From the NCBI GenBank assembly GCA_030704615.1, contig CM060732.1, forward strand, positions 19,158,001-19,222,000: a stretch of DNA of 64,000 nucleotides, given 5' to 3'. The position numbers and the translations under genes are program-made. Of this stretch, positions 10,362-23,699 are shown piece by piece (within the stretch, counting starts at the first letter, position 1; the number at the start of each line of letters is the position of its first letter). Under the pieces are notes generated by a model. That model worked only from the letters and a program-made list of their open reading frames with translations, did no database searches and was not told where the DNA came from. The DNA is from Takakia lepidozioides. Taxonomy: Eukaryota > Plantae > Bryophyta.

Positions 10362-13300
10362 TGTCATGGTTTTAGTCATGGTTATCTAGAATTACCTACT
10401 TCTAGTTAACTAGGACATTTTAGATATTTATATTTATATTTTGTGTGTTGGGACTTCATTTGGTCTCACATGCCAAGTGAGGTGTCGAGCCTCACTTGGG
10501 ACATGGGGATAGGTTTTCCCCCTGTGAGGATGGAGGAGGCTCATCTTCTTATAGTTGAGCCTCCATAAACCTCTCTCACCTCCATAGCTCTAGGTATTGA
10601 GAGGGAGTGTGGTGGGGGCTTTGTAGGGTGGATTCCCTTAGCAAGGATGCCCTTGGCTTGACTTAGTTTATGTGATTGAGTGGATTCATGAGTGGAGGGT
10701 TTCCATTATGTTCACTTCCATTATCACTACAAGAAGATCACCTTATGCTTGTGAGTGCGGAGTGTAAGGATAGTTTTGCACTTGTGTTGGTGTACACTAA
10801 GGAGTGAGAGAGCTAGGGAAAGCTCAGGTATCTCACAAGGTTTGCAAGGTGTTGCAAGGGAGAGTGTGTTTGCATTGCATCAAGGAGGTGGAGAGCTCAA
10901 GAAGAAAGCTCTTGAGTTACAAACTTTGCAAGTATTGCAGGGAGAAAGTCTTGTGTGTGTGGAAGCAAAGGTTTGAAAGTTTGAGAAGAAGAAGCGTCAT
11001 CTCATTTGCCAAGGAAATGGCTTCTATGGTGAAAAGAATGCATTGAGGGTTTGTAGAAGCATTATTGTGCACCAAGGGTTTTGAGAGCTTGGAAAAGAGC
11101 TCTTGCATCACAAGATAAGCGTCTTGTATGTGGAGAAGATAGACACTAGGGTTTCAAGAGCAAGCTCTAGTTGTTCATGGTGTGAAAGAGAAGCCAAAGA
11201 GCGGCACATGCTTGGGTTAGAAACACCATAGAAGGAGTACAACAAGGATAGCTTGAGGAGCATTGAGTAGCTCAAGAGAAGCTAAGAAGTGGTTGTTTTA
11301 TCCATGGTGAAATGAAGCCAAGTGGGGTTTCATTTGGTTGACAAACAAGCTAGCTAAGGCGCTAGAAGGGAGTGCTTTTGCTAGTCTATGAGTTCTTGGA
11401 TTGCTCTTGGTGAAGCAAGTGGTTGACTAAGCAAGTGGCGAATGTGTGGAGCATGCATTCCAAGTGCGGCTTCCAACTTCAAGCTTGAGGAGAGCTAGAA
11501 GGTGAAGGGAACAAGTCATTCTTTTGTGTATGAGGTGATGCTTATGTGGAGCATGTTTTCAGCCCATTGAGGCTTCTATTTTCAAGCCTTGGAGAGCAGG
11601 AAGAAAAGAAAAGGGCTGGTTTCCACTTAGGTGAAGGAAAAGCACTTGTAGAGCACATGTTTGAGTTGGGGTTTCAACCTTAAGCTTGAGGAGAGCACGA
11701 CTCTTGAGCTAGTAAGTGAAGGGACTTGAATCTACCTCTTTGCATGAGATGGAGATGTATTGATGCTTGGAGAAGCAACACATAGAAGCCAAGAATGGAG
11801 CATGTGTGTGGATGGCCAAAGGAGAGCACATGAAGGAGTGCAAGACTTGGTTGCCTATCAAATGAGGTAAAAAGCTTGATTCTTGAGCTCCAAAGAGAAG
11901 TGAAGCTTGTTGTGTGGCAAATGCATTGCTAGGTGAGATGGAATCAAGCTTGGTTGTGGTTTGAGGTGAAGAAGATCAAGGTAGTTTGCCTTGGTATCTC
12001 ATAGAAGTCATGGATGCTTGAGGAGAGCAAGCATGAAGCTCAAGGAAGCCCAAACCCTAGCTTGGAATGCACAAACCCTAGCATGGGATGGACAAACCCT
12101 AGCATGAGATGCACATGAAACCCTAGGTTCATGGGAACAGTCACCAAAGTGTGGGAATCATCACCGTAGTCTGGGAACGGTCACCAAGGGTAGGAACGGT
12201 CACTATAGGCTGGGAACATAGTGACATATAAAGACAATATAGGGCTTTTGGAGGATTTTCAAGGGCCTTTTGGAGGATTGTTTGGGGGATCTTTGGGGTC
12301 CTTCGGGGAGCTTTTGGAAGACACTCTGAGGAGCTTTTGTAAGCCACTTTGAAGAGCTCTTGAAGAGGTATTTGGATGACTATTTGGAGGCCTATTTGCG
12401 GTCCTTGAAGGCCAAGTTTTGGCAAGTTTTTGGAGCCTTGGAAGGCTATGTGGAGGACCATTTGGGGTCTTTGAAGGCCATGTTTTGGCAAGTTTTTGGA
12501 GCCTTTGGAAGGCTATGTGGAGGACCATTTGGGGTCTTTGAAGACCAATATTTGGCAAGTTTTTGGAGCCTCTAGAAGGCTGTTTGGAGGGCTGTTTGGG
12601 GTCCTTGGAGGCCGATATTTGGCGAGCTTGAGGAGTCTTTGGCGACTTTTGAAGGACTATTTGGGGTCATTGAAGGCCGAGATTTGGCAGGCTCTTGGGG
12701 CCTTGGTATACTGTTTGGAGTACCATTGTCCAAAGCTTTGGGAGTCTTAGTGAGATTGTTTGAGAGACATCTTGAGGGATCTTAGAGAGTTATTTGAGAG
12801 ATCCTTGAAAGGTCTTGTCTATTGCTTAAGCAAGAGAGCGTGGAGATAGGGTAGTGGGATGAGAGCATGTTGTGATAGGAATTGCTTTAGTCTATCTTCC
12901 TTGTAGTCTTCCACCCTCTCTGTAGGCCAAAACCTTTCCGTAGGAGGAGGCAAGAGTCAGTCCGGGTTTGGGCCTGGGTGTCTTTCAGGAGCGACACTGT
13001 GGAGTGTTTTTGGTGTGGGGGAATTACTGTTTTGATTTCCTTGTGCTTGGATCCCCTCCACACATGCATGCTTGACTGTGCGCCATGTTAGTTTTGTGTG
13101 GGCGCTTGTTTTCATAGGAGGTTGGTCCGGATTTGATCACCGGTCAATCCTAGAGCGTGCTGTCCATGGTGAGGCTGGGGTGATGACCAGTCAGACCATC
13201 ATTGTTCTCTTATGGTGAGGCTGGGTTGATGACCAGCAGACCATAGGAGTGCTTGCGATGGATGCAGGTGCAGGTACAGGTCTACATTAGAAACCTATTA

Positions 13301-13379
13301 ATCATGCTTGAACCACTAGCCGCAACAGGTTCTCTACCCGGTTACCTTGTAGAAAGTGGGGATTAGAGACAGGTTGACA
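10362..13379 (+). repeat. Putative ~3-kb 5' LTR
   Basis: Abrupt junction starting TGTCA at 10362 and TGACA ending at 13379 just before gag; internal AAACCCTAG motifs (~12050-12125) and ~63-bp tandem repeats (~12380-12620); no partner LTR in the window. Confidence 0.55.
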
Positions 13380-13410
13380 ACCGGTTGGGTTGTGAGTTTT
13401 CATCACGGAG

Positions 13411-15291
13411 GTGCCACCAGTTGCTGAGGGGAGTGCCGGTACGAGCACCAGCGATACTCGTGGGTACACAAGACGAGGTGTGCGGTTTAGGCCACCTCAC
13501 CTTCAGTGTCTTCTGAGGAAGGTTCAGACTCGGAGTCAGGAGGATTCTCGCCGAGGGTGCAAGTCATTTCCGTGCCATTGTTGTGGGACACGATGGAAGA
13601 GATATATGGAGCTACCAAGGGGCCACGTAAGTACTCTGGAGCTGTGGGCACCATCGAGTTTGATGACTTCATACAGTTGGTGTGATTTGCAGCAAATGCG
13701 CAATCCACAACTGTTTACTCCTTTTATGGCGTGGAATGGGCTATTCCAGCACCTTGAGGGGCCGCCCATGGATGATTACCATGAATTTAGGTGGGAACAC
13801 GCGGTGGAGATTGAGGAGTGACGAGAGTATTGGTCACCTAACTATGTCTCCATCACTAGAGGCACAAGGGCAGCGGTGACACCAGCAGCTTCACAAACAT
13901 CTCCAACTGCAAACACTAGTAGTGGGACAAGTGGTACAAGAGCTGGGAAATCCACTCAAGCTCCTGCTGCAGCACCAGCACACATGCCTGCCTTTAACCC
14001 AGTTGTGTGGAGTTCTTTGAGGAGTTGAGGAGAAACTACCAAGGGATAAGGACAGAGAAGTTGCGGAGCTTGCAAGAGTTCCAACGAAGGTCTACTGAGA
14101 GTTTGAGGGAGGCTTACACCCGCATGAGGCGCTTGATAAACGTAACCCAAGGGGTTACAGAAGCTCAGGCAGTTCAGTTCTGGTATGGGATCCTGGACAA
14201 AGAGCTGAGGAGAAGGGTGCGGGATGCGACTCTCCTACAAGTGGACCAACCCACCTTAGCAAATGTGTTTTTGCTGGCAGAGATGATAGAGCTCAATATG
14301 GTGGAGGAGCGAGTGGTTATGGTGGGGTTTGGCAAGGAGACACAACGAAGTGGGACTCCTAGCCAACAACAACCACTACCCCAACGTGTTCAAGGCAACA
14401 AGGGGGCTCAGGTAAAGCCGAGGAAATGACAGAGTGGATCTCAGATGCACAGGTCTCTCCCTTCATTCTTAGGCCAACAATAGTCGGGTGTGACTTGTTG
14501 GGATTATGGAGGGCCCCATGTCAAGAAGGATTGTCCGAAGAGATGCAAAGGGCCGGCACAGGCACAGCCTACACAACTACAGTGTGGGCATTGTGGAAAG
14601 TATGGGCATGAGGAGGCCCATTGTTATGGCTTGCATCCTCAGCTACGGCCAAGCCAGTTCCAAGGGAGCAATGGTGGCCGAGGACGAGGCAATGTAGTCT
14701 AGAGAGGTAGAGGAGGCAGAGGTCGGGGTGGAGGTCGTAACCAAAACCAAGGAGCACAGGGTCAGGGTCAGGGTCAAGGTCATGACCAAGGCATGGTGGA
14801 TCGACTTGCCCAGCTAGAGGATCGACTTGCCCAGCTAGAGCAACGTCTTGCTGCCATGGCCACTACTTATGTTGTGCCAGCTCCAAGGTTTGAGGTTCAA
14901 GCCCCAGCTGCACAACCTCCTATGCCTAGGGAAGATCAGTTTGGTATGGGCTTCATGTGTGGAGCCGCACTTGCAGGGCCATTGCATGTATTGGACGAGT
15001 GCTCCTGAGCCAAGAGGAGCGGATGTGGATTTTGATCCACAAAAGGGAGAAGTGAGTCGTCAGACAAGGCTTCCACAGTCATTTACATTGGTTGAGACAG
15101 TGTCACCTACGCCATCAATGACACCCGCTCGCCCAAGTGTGTCAGAGATAGAGCCACGAGTGTCATTGGGGAGAGTTGGTATCGCTTGGGAAATGCCAGT
15201 GGGTGGTGCTGCAAAGCAAGGTGCAGCCAGTACATTGTTGGGGGCGGCTATGGCGATTTGCCAAGCTCCATTATTTTCTGCAATGACCATT
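13411..15291 (+). pseudogene. Retrotransposon gag (broken)
   Basis: Gag-like LQEFQRRSTESLREAYTRMRRL; zinc knuckles CWDYGGPHVKKDC (degenerate) and CGHCGKYGHEEAHC; frame resumes after the CACTA insertion. Confidence 0.8.
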
Positions 15292-16329
15292 CACTAGTAC
15301 AGAAAATAGGTTTCATGGCACTTTTTTTTACTGTTTTTATGACTCTTTTGATCATTTTGACTCATTTTTTACTCTTTTCCAAAGAATCATGCAGACCGTG
15401 TCGTTATGATGACTCTAATATCCGCGTCGTGAATATGACTCTGGGTGACATCCCCTAGTGAGCAAGATACATGACCGTGTTTTTGGTCACGTCCGTGACT
15501 GATTTCTAGCAACACATGACTCTCCCCATACTACTACGTGTCAATTTCAGATGATGACAGGTGTAGGGACAACGCTCTCTCGCACGCATGCCACAACGAG
15601 CCACGTGTCACGTGGATATGCATTTTGTTTTTCGATTTATTTTTTTATTTGTTTTTATTTCATTTTTCAGACAGTGGTTTAATTTGTATTGTAGGTTTAC
15701 TGAACTTATTATGTTTATACGTATTCAAATATAATACCACTTATATGTAATTTATAATATGGAGAATATATTATTTTGCACAAATACATGGTGTCACGAG
15801 CCAATTGGGTAAAAACAAATTCGACAATTGATGGAAATATGAAAAGAAGACAATGGTTCCGTGTTTCAAATCTGTGCAGTGCCTCCGGATCAACAAAAAA
15901 GTGGAGTGTTTTCAAGAATATAATCTCTCAATAGTAGCCCAACTACCCAACTACCCAACTACCCACTGCATCCAAAAATGTGACAGACCGAGCACTTTCC
16001 TCCTCCCTGGTTGTCCATAGCATGCCTCTTTCTGCCCCAAGACCTTCTGCGTCCTTCCTTACAAGAGATCAAGATCACATGTCCTGCACATGAATGCACA
16101 CATGTATAAGTAGATCAACAACAAGTGCCGATTCCAATAGGAGTGCGCAACTATAAATACTACATGAGATCTATTTAGCTAACCACTCAAATGTAACACC
16201 TATTTGTACTATTGATGGATATCTATGGAAAACACTACCGTTTTTTGTAAGTTAAAAGAAGATAACCCTTGCAAATAAAATCGGCCCTCTTGGATGATTT
16301 TGGACCCACACTCTATCCCTGCTCCTTCA

Positions 16330-18760
16330 CCTAATGTCAAAATCACTCCAAAACCACCATAGATCCACCAACGAGCTAACTTGCAGAATTCAACATGAAA
16401 ATTTAGGGACGACTCTGATAACAGAAGAAAAACAGGCTGAAATGTGTTGAAGAATGCACCTTCATTAGCAGTGCCTTGTTCTATCAATTGCGCTGCTGCC
16501 GCTACTAGAAGAGGCATTGTGGACTCCCTCCCTTTCAGAAGCTGTGGTCATGGTTGAGGTGCCTGATTTTATCAACTGTGCCGCTGCAACAGCTGCCTTT
16601 TACCATCTACCCATGTTTCTTGTAGCTATTGATCCACAGGGAATCATAGGTAATCTTGTGCTTGAAATCTGGACCTCTTGGATGAATGTGGACCCACACT
16701 CTATCCCTGCTCCTTCAGCTATCACTACCTCTGCACAAACCATACATACATCCTTGCCTTGCAGCTGATGATGACAGCCTAGATTTGTTCTAGGAAACAT
16801 CCAACTCAGCTTATCCATAGTTCCTATGCTGAATTGTGTCTGCTACTCTATGTAATCTAACAGGCATTCATCTTCAAGTGTTGACCTACATGCCATATAC
16901 CAATTATCAGCCTTGTCAAGAAGGGAAACCACAAAGTGTTTCATGTTATTGCCATGCCCCCCTAACTCAGCTGCATGGAGCGAGGCCTCCCATTCACCTA
17001 GTTGAGTGTATGACAGAAGAGAAATCATACCTTGTAAAGCTTCATATGGTGGTCACATCACAGCACATCATCTACTGCTATGAAGGATTCAGAGTCCGTA
17101 GATACCAGGACCTGATGCACACTTACGCAAGAAACAGACATAAGTATTTGAATTTACGGTCATGAAACGCTCCCTTGGTGTAAAGTCTGTAGAGCCTCTT
17201 TCAGTTGTCCTTCCTCACATGATCAAGCATCCTCACATTCCCGCCAATCGTTATAAAGAACATTTTGTGGATCCATCTCTTGGTCCTCTTTTGGAAGCTG
17301 TGGTCATCTTGTGCATTGTGCCGCTGCTGCTGTTTCCAGATGACCATCTACCTATGCAGGTTTCTTGTAGCTATTGATCCACAGTGAATCATAGCTAATA
17401 TTGTGCTTGAAACCCAGCCCTCTTGCATGAATTTCTACCCACCCTCATTCCTGCTCCTTCAACTACCCCTGCCTCCGCAACAATCATGTATGGATCCGAA
17501 TCTTGCTCACATTTGACATATGTGTCCATGAGGGTATTGTTCAGAATGACATCTGGAAATGTTCCAGCTTTGATGATGTCACCATGGACCTCTTTGCCCT
17601 TTTTCAGAGCTGCATGCAGCCTCCCACACGCATTATAAACACAAAGAAATGTGATGTGGTTGGGCTTCAACACTCTCTCACATTATTTGCTCATATGTCT
17701 CCAAAGCATCAACCCCACACCCATATTGTTGCGCTTACCCTGCAATCATGGTACTCCAAAGACACCACATCTTGTAGCCATGTTGTCGAACACTCCCTTT
17801 GCATCCTTGCTACACCTACATTTGGCATAAATGTCCACCAGGAGAGTGTTCAGAACGACATCTGGTACAATTGCAGCTATGACGATGTCACCGTGATGGA
17901 CCTCTGTGCCCTTCCCCAGAGCTGCCAGGCTCGAATTGGGCATACATGTCCACCAAGGCATAGTTCAAATGACATCTGGTACAATTCCAGCTTTGTCATT
18001 GACACTATGGACCTCCGCTCCATTTTCCAAGGCTGCCAGGCTCACATTTGGCATAGACGTCCACCAAAGCAGAGTTCAGAATGACATCTGGTACATTTTA
18101 GCTTTGACAATATCACCGTGGACCTGTGCGTCCATTCCACAGCTGTCAGACTCACATTTGGCATACATGTCACCAAGGCAGTGTTCAAAATCAGATTTGG
18201 TGTACAGTTCCAGCTTTGACAATGTCACCTTGGACCTCTACGCCCTTTTCCAGGGCTGCCACCTGCTCGCATTTGGCATACATTACACCAGGGTTGTGTT
18301 CTGAATCACATATGGTACGTTCCAGCTAATTTGACGATGTCACCATGGCCTTTGCTCTCTTTTCCAGGGCTGTTAGGCTCACATTTGGCATACATGTCCA
18401 CGAGGGCAGTGCTCAGAATCACATATGGTACAATTCCAGCTTTCACGATGTCACCATGGACCTCTTTGCCCAGTTCTAGGGCTGCCACGCATTTGGCATA
18501 CATGTGCTGCATGGCAGTGCTCAGAATGACATCTAGTACAATTCCAGCTTTCACGATGTCGTGCCATGGAACTTTGCGCCCTATTTCAGAGCTAGAATGC
18601 TCGCATTTGGCATACATGTCCACCAGGGCAGTGCTCAGAATGATACCTGGTACAATTCCAGCTTTGAAGATGTCACCATGGAAGTCTTTGCCCTTTTCCA
18701 GCCCGCTGCCATGCTCGCACATGCTTTGCCCCCACAAACCAGCGTGATGTGGTCAGGTTG
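16330..18760 (-). pseudogene. Captured PLS-PPR fragments and OSB-type PDF-motif exons
   Basis: Repeated KGKEVHGDIVKAG--PDVIL-TALVDMYAKC; GPDFKHKITYDSLWINSYKK at ~16615-16680, and a degenerate copy at ~17340-17430. Confidence 0.8.
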
Positions 18761-19789
18761 AAGTACACCTCCTCCCCGTACCTGATAATCAGGTGGATCA
18801 GGCCCTTCAGATCCCTATAATCAGGCCCTTCAGATCAGCCTCAAGGTCCACATGTACCAGATACCGCACATAGAGGACCTTAAGGATGATCTGAAGGGCC
18901 TACCTACCCTTGACATCAGACCTGAAATTTAACTCATGATCAAGTTGGGGAGTCTATCTTTGCACAAAACCAGATGTAGAGAGGTAAAGGAGATAGTAAA
19001 TGTCCGAAATGCCAACGGCCTGAAGACGATATCCGTTCTCTGATACAATGCCTGGGGTATTCTCATCAGAGAGCCACCCTTGATGTAAGTACTCTGAACA
19101 CACTCTTGTAGAAGAACTGGATGTCGTTATTAGCCAGTTCATGCTTTTCCTTCACTGCTACCTCAAAAGAATGCTACCTGCATCAAAAGAGATGGCTTGA
19201 ATAAGCAGACTGGAGAGGGGCATGGCAGGTACAAGAGAAGGACTGGGTAATAACAATTCAATACCAATATGTGATGGTGATTGATGAATACATGTCCTTG
19301 ACCCATTTGTCAAGGGTAAGATGATACCCTTGAACTTCTCCTCGTCTTGTTGGCTATTTCTCTATTGCTACATTGGCACTAACATGTCAAATTTACTCCA
19401 CACCATCACAGCTCCACCCAACGAGCTTACTTGTCAATATGAAAAATCTAGGGGCGACTGTGATAAGATGGAAAAATCGGCTGAAATGTGTTGAAGAAGA
19501 AGGTGCCCTCACCACACTGTCCTTAACCTTGTGCCATGAAAGCATACATGTTTTTGCAACAATGGAGGATTCTTGACCAGCCCTAAACCCAAAAGGACCT
19601 CTTGCATGTGCTACTTATGTTTGTAGTCAGGTGATCTCGGATTGGGCTGTGAGGAGAACCACCATGGTGCAGCTGAGCAACCATAGGTTTGAACTCAGCT
19701 TCCTAAGACCAAGCTGACCTTCCCAGTCACCTTGTAAAGACCAGGAGAAATACCAAATCGTGATACTAGCAGGAAGAACGCACATTGAC

Positions 19790-20740
19790 AGACTTCTACA
19801 TTATGAAAGCCACACCTTGCGCCTGCGGATGTCCCACCTTTGAGAAGGATCTTCAGAAACTCGTGCCAGCTCTGCGTCATGCTCCACGACACCACATTTC
19901 GTTAAGCCGCTCCCTTATCATGCTCGATGGCTCCACATTTGGCATACATATCCAAGAGGGTACTGTTCAGAATTATGACAAACTTCTTCTCAACGTACAT
20001 TAAGAAAGCCGCACCTTGCGACTGCGACTGTCCCACCATCGACAAGGATCTTTACAAGCTCGTGCCAGCTCTGCTTCATGCTCCACGACACCACATTTTG
20101 TTAAGCCATATTGTTGAACGCTCCCTTTGCATCCTCGATGGCTCCACATTTGGCATACATATCCACGAGGGTTCTGAACAAACTTCTTCTCAACGTACAT
20201 TAAGAAAGCCACACCTTGCGACTGCGACTGTCCACCATCGACAAGGATCTTTGCAAAGCTCGTGCCAGCTCTGCTTCATGCTCCACGACACCACATTTCG
20301 TTAAGCCATATTGTTGCACGCTCCCTTTGCATCCTCGATGGCTCCACATTTGGCATACATATCCACGAGGGTTCTGAACAAACTTCTTCTCAACGTACAT
20401 TAAGAAAGCCACACCTTGCGACTGCGACTGTCCACCATCGACAAGGATCTTTGCAAAGCTCGTGCCAGCTCTGCTTCATGCTCCACGACACCACATTTCG
20501 TTAAGCCATATTGTTGCACGCTCCCTTTGCATCCTCGATGGCTCCACATTTGGTGTACAAACTTCTTCTCAACGTACATTAAGAAAGCCACACCTTGCGA
20601 TTGCGACTGTCCACCATCGACAAGGATCTTTGCAAAAGCTCGTGCCAGCTCTGCTTCATGATCCACCACACCACATGCCATATTGTTGAACGCTCCCTTT
20701 GCATCCTCGAGGCTCCACATTTGGCATATCCACGAGGTAC
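19790..20740. repeat. ~200-bp tandem repeat derived from PPR sequence, ~4.5 copies
   Basis: Near-identical units starting ~19980, 20180, 20379, 20558 that contain minus-strand DMYAKCG...NVVSWS. Confidence 0.9.
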
Positions 20741-21453
20741 TGTTCAGAATGACACTCCTTCTCGTATCCTTCCAAAGCCTCTAACCAGAGCCTCCCATCC
20801 CCTCAATCGCCATCCTGGGAAGAAGAGTGATAACTTAATGAGGGTGTTCTTGAAAAGTATCGAAGTCCCCATGTGAATGAAATAGGTGGATGAAATCATC
20901 CAAATCCTTGCATGTAATGAAATCATCCAATTGATGAATGAAAATAATCAAATTTAATGAAATCATCCATCAATGGATTTTCATAAGAGTCATGCAAATG
21001 ACCTTATCTTGGTAAAAGGGAGTTGACTACACCAATCTAAAAATTTAGAGTCATCTGCATTATTTTTTAGAGTCATGTGCGTGACCCATGATCACGACTC
21101 TATTCCAGTCAAACGACGTTCACCGGGATAGAGGCATATACACGACCCTTTTTGGTCATTTTCGGTCATACCCATGACATTTTTGAACGATGACGACATT
21201 GAGTCATGAAAACCATGACTCTCCAAAAAAGAAAAGTCAGAAAAACCATGATTTGGCGTAGTGATTGCAATGCCAGGGATTTGGCCAGCTACTGTGTTCA
21301 GACTAGCAGCTAGACTCTGTGAGAGTGGTGATGCATCGGCACTATCTGCGGAGATAGCAGATAAGGTGCAGTCTATGGATGCTTTGGATTCAAGGGTGAA
21401 GTCAGCCACAGCTGCGCCATGGCAAGCGGCAGCTGCAAGGTTGCAGGAGTTAA

Positions 21454-22077
21454 TTGCCAACTAGGCCAGCCATTGAGCGCAGCATGGTGACTCATGGGGT
21501 AGTCCTGGTGGACAATCAGGATGGAGTGTTTCAATTGGGTGGCCCAACCGGGAGGAGGTATATGCCACTGCGGGTCTTGTTGGACTCGGGAGCACAGCCA
21601 TTGATGTTGGGGAGAGCAGCAATTGCAGGCTTAGGCCTTACAGATGCGGATTTGGAGCCTTGCCATTTCCAAATTCAAACATCTTTGGGTGGTTCAGAGA
21701 AGGCGCAAGGGATTACACGCCATGAGCTCTTCATTCGATTGCAGCCGGATCATCCTACGGACAACTCAGTCATGAGAGCTAAAGCCATTGTTACGGACGC
21801 GATGTCCTATGATGTGCTTGTTGGTGGGGCTGTGTTGTACCCTATGGGCTTTACTTTGGACTTTTGGGAAGAAACGATATCCTACAGGCCGGAATGGCAG
21901 TCAGGGGATGATCGACGTGCACTGCTCCTAGTGCGGTTTATTGGGAATGTAACGGTGGATCATAGGAACATGATGCCCACATTGGCTGCATTCTCAGGGG
22001 TGGTGGCTTGGGGTGGTGACCTCTTGGAGGGCAATAGCCATGCAGATGATAGGCCACCACCTGATGATGACAAATAA
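21454..22077 (+). pseudogene. Retroviral-type aspartic protease domain of the gypsy pol
   Basis: Catalytic VLLDSGAQ motif and downstream YDVLVGG. Confidence 0.85.
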
Positions 22078-22293
22078 TTGGCATATAAGGCTGATTTGCT
22101 TCCTCATGTGCCTGTTCATATTCCACTGTGGGGAACAGTTGGGAATTTGCATCGAGTAGCAGACGAGTGTGTGTACCAAGCATGGCAGGAGGCCTATCCA
22201 TTGGTGAGTGAGGGGAGTTCAGTGACATCACCTGGACCTCCTCAGTTAGCTCTTTTGGACACAGTGCCCATTACCTGGCAACCACCTGACTCA

Positions 22294-23260
22294 GGGATTT
22301 GTTTGCTAGACATGTTTGGAGGCATGAGCACTGGGCTTGTAGGAGTGTTGCAAGCAGGGATCAAAGTACGCAAGTACTTGTATGTGGAGAAAGATGAGAT
22401 TGCTCGGTGTGTTTCCATGCGCCATGTTGCCTTGCTCACACATCAGTATCCTAAGTTGCTGCCTCTCTCAGCAATTCAAGGGTACCAAAAGGCCTTGCCA
22501 GCAGACATTACCATGTTGGGGGCGGAGAATTTGGATCGGCATGATCCCATTGACTTGGTGATAGGAGGGTGGCCTTGCCAAGGACATTCTCCCGCAGGTC
22601 ATGGTAATGGTTTGCAAGATGCACGATCGCATCTGTTTTGGGAGACGCTGCGAGTGTTGTGTGACTTGCTGGTGAGGCAAGTGCAACCTCCAGCTTACAT
22701 CCTGGAGAATATTCCTCTCATGGGGGATTCTCAGGCCAGTGTACATCAGATCCGGTCATGGATTGGACCAGCTGTATTGTTGGATGCAGCTGCAGTGGGT
22801 TCACGGGCACATAGACCTAGGTTGTGGTGGACCAATCTTGCACCACCAGAGTTGCTCAAGAGAGCCTATGATTCCATTCAACGGCCACCCAATCTCATGG
22901 TTAAGGGCATTTTGGACCAAGGGAGGCAACCATAGAGGGTGCGATATGATGACCGTCCACCTCTAGCAGTGGTAAATCGAGTGGGGCAGCCACGTGCAGC
23001 CTTGCCTACGCTCATGAGCTTTCCCTCGTCTCATGCTTTTCGAGACAATGGTCCTGGGTTGATTTGGGACAGTGTGTTATAGCAAGTGGTGGAGCCCAAT
23101 GCGGATGAGCGAGAGCGGGCAATGGGATTTGTCACGGGCACTACAGCTGTGTCAGCTCTGTCAGAGGCATCACGACGTCAGGTGTTGGGTCAGGCAATGG
23201 ATCTCAATTGCTTGACATGGGTCATTGGCTTGTGTATGGCTGAGCAATGGAGATTGCAAG
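22294..23260 (+). pseudogene. DNMT3-like C5 cytosine DNA methyltransferase domain inside pol
   Basis: Motif I LLDMFGGMSTG, II YVEKD, III DI, IV DLVIGGWPCQGHS, VI YILENI, VIII AHRPRLWWTN, IX ERERAMGF, X RRQVLGQAMD; one frame with two internal TAG stops. Confidence 0.92.
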
Positions 23261-23699
23261 CATTTGCGGCTACTTCCGCTCTCCCATTGGATATTGCATC
23301 CTCTCTGCCAACCGGGACGGTGGAGGCAGTGAGTGGGGGCGAGCACAGGATCATGGGGTGCAAACACCCATGGCAGATGTGGGATAAGATGCGCAAAGAG
23401 AGAGTCATTAGATCTCTCAAGCAGCAGTATGAGGAGTGGGGAGAGCTATACACTGAGGATCAGTTGAAGGCCAAGGTGACTAAGGTTTTTGAAGAGGTTG
23501 AAGATGTTTCTTCCCCAGAGGATGTTCTCAAGGTGGCTATGGCGGAGCAAGTGGAGGCTACGCCACAGTCAGGATGGGCAGACAAGGCCCAAGAGGTTGT
23601 TGTCTAGCAACCAAAGGATGCGTCTCCTACCTCCAAGCCTAGTGTACCCAAGGTTGCAGTCACTGAGGACAATTGGGAACCAGATGTTGGACCTACAGT

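Larger units (their letters stand above)
15292..21263. mobile_element. Non-autonomous CACTA element with captured gene fragments (Pack-CACTA-like)
   Basis: Starts CACTAGTACAGAAAA, ends ATTTGGCGTAGTG; 3-bp TSD ATT at 15289-15291 and 21264-21266; subterminal ATGACTCT/AGAGTCAT repeats at both ends; no transposase. Confidence 0.9.

Noticed and set aside
10725-10740. CACTACAAGAAG resembling an En/Spm TIR inside the LTR
   Set aside because: No partner end, TSD or subterminal repeats found, although the two LTR-related copies diverge at this point.
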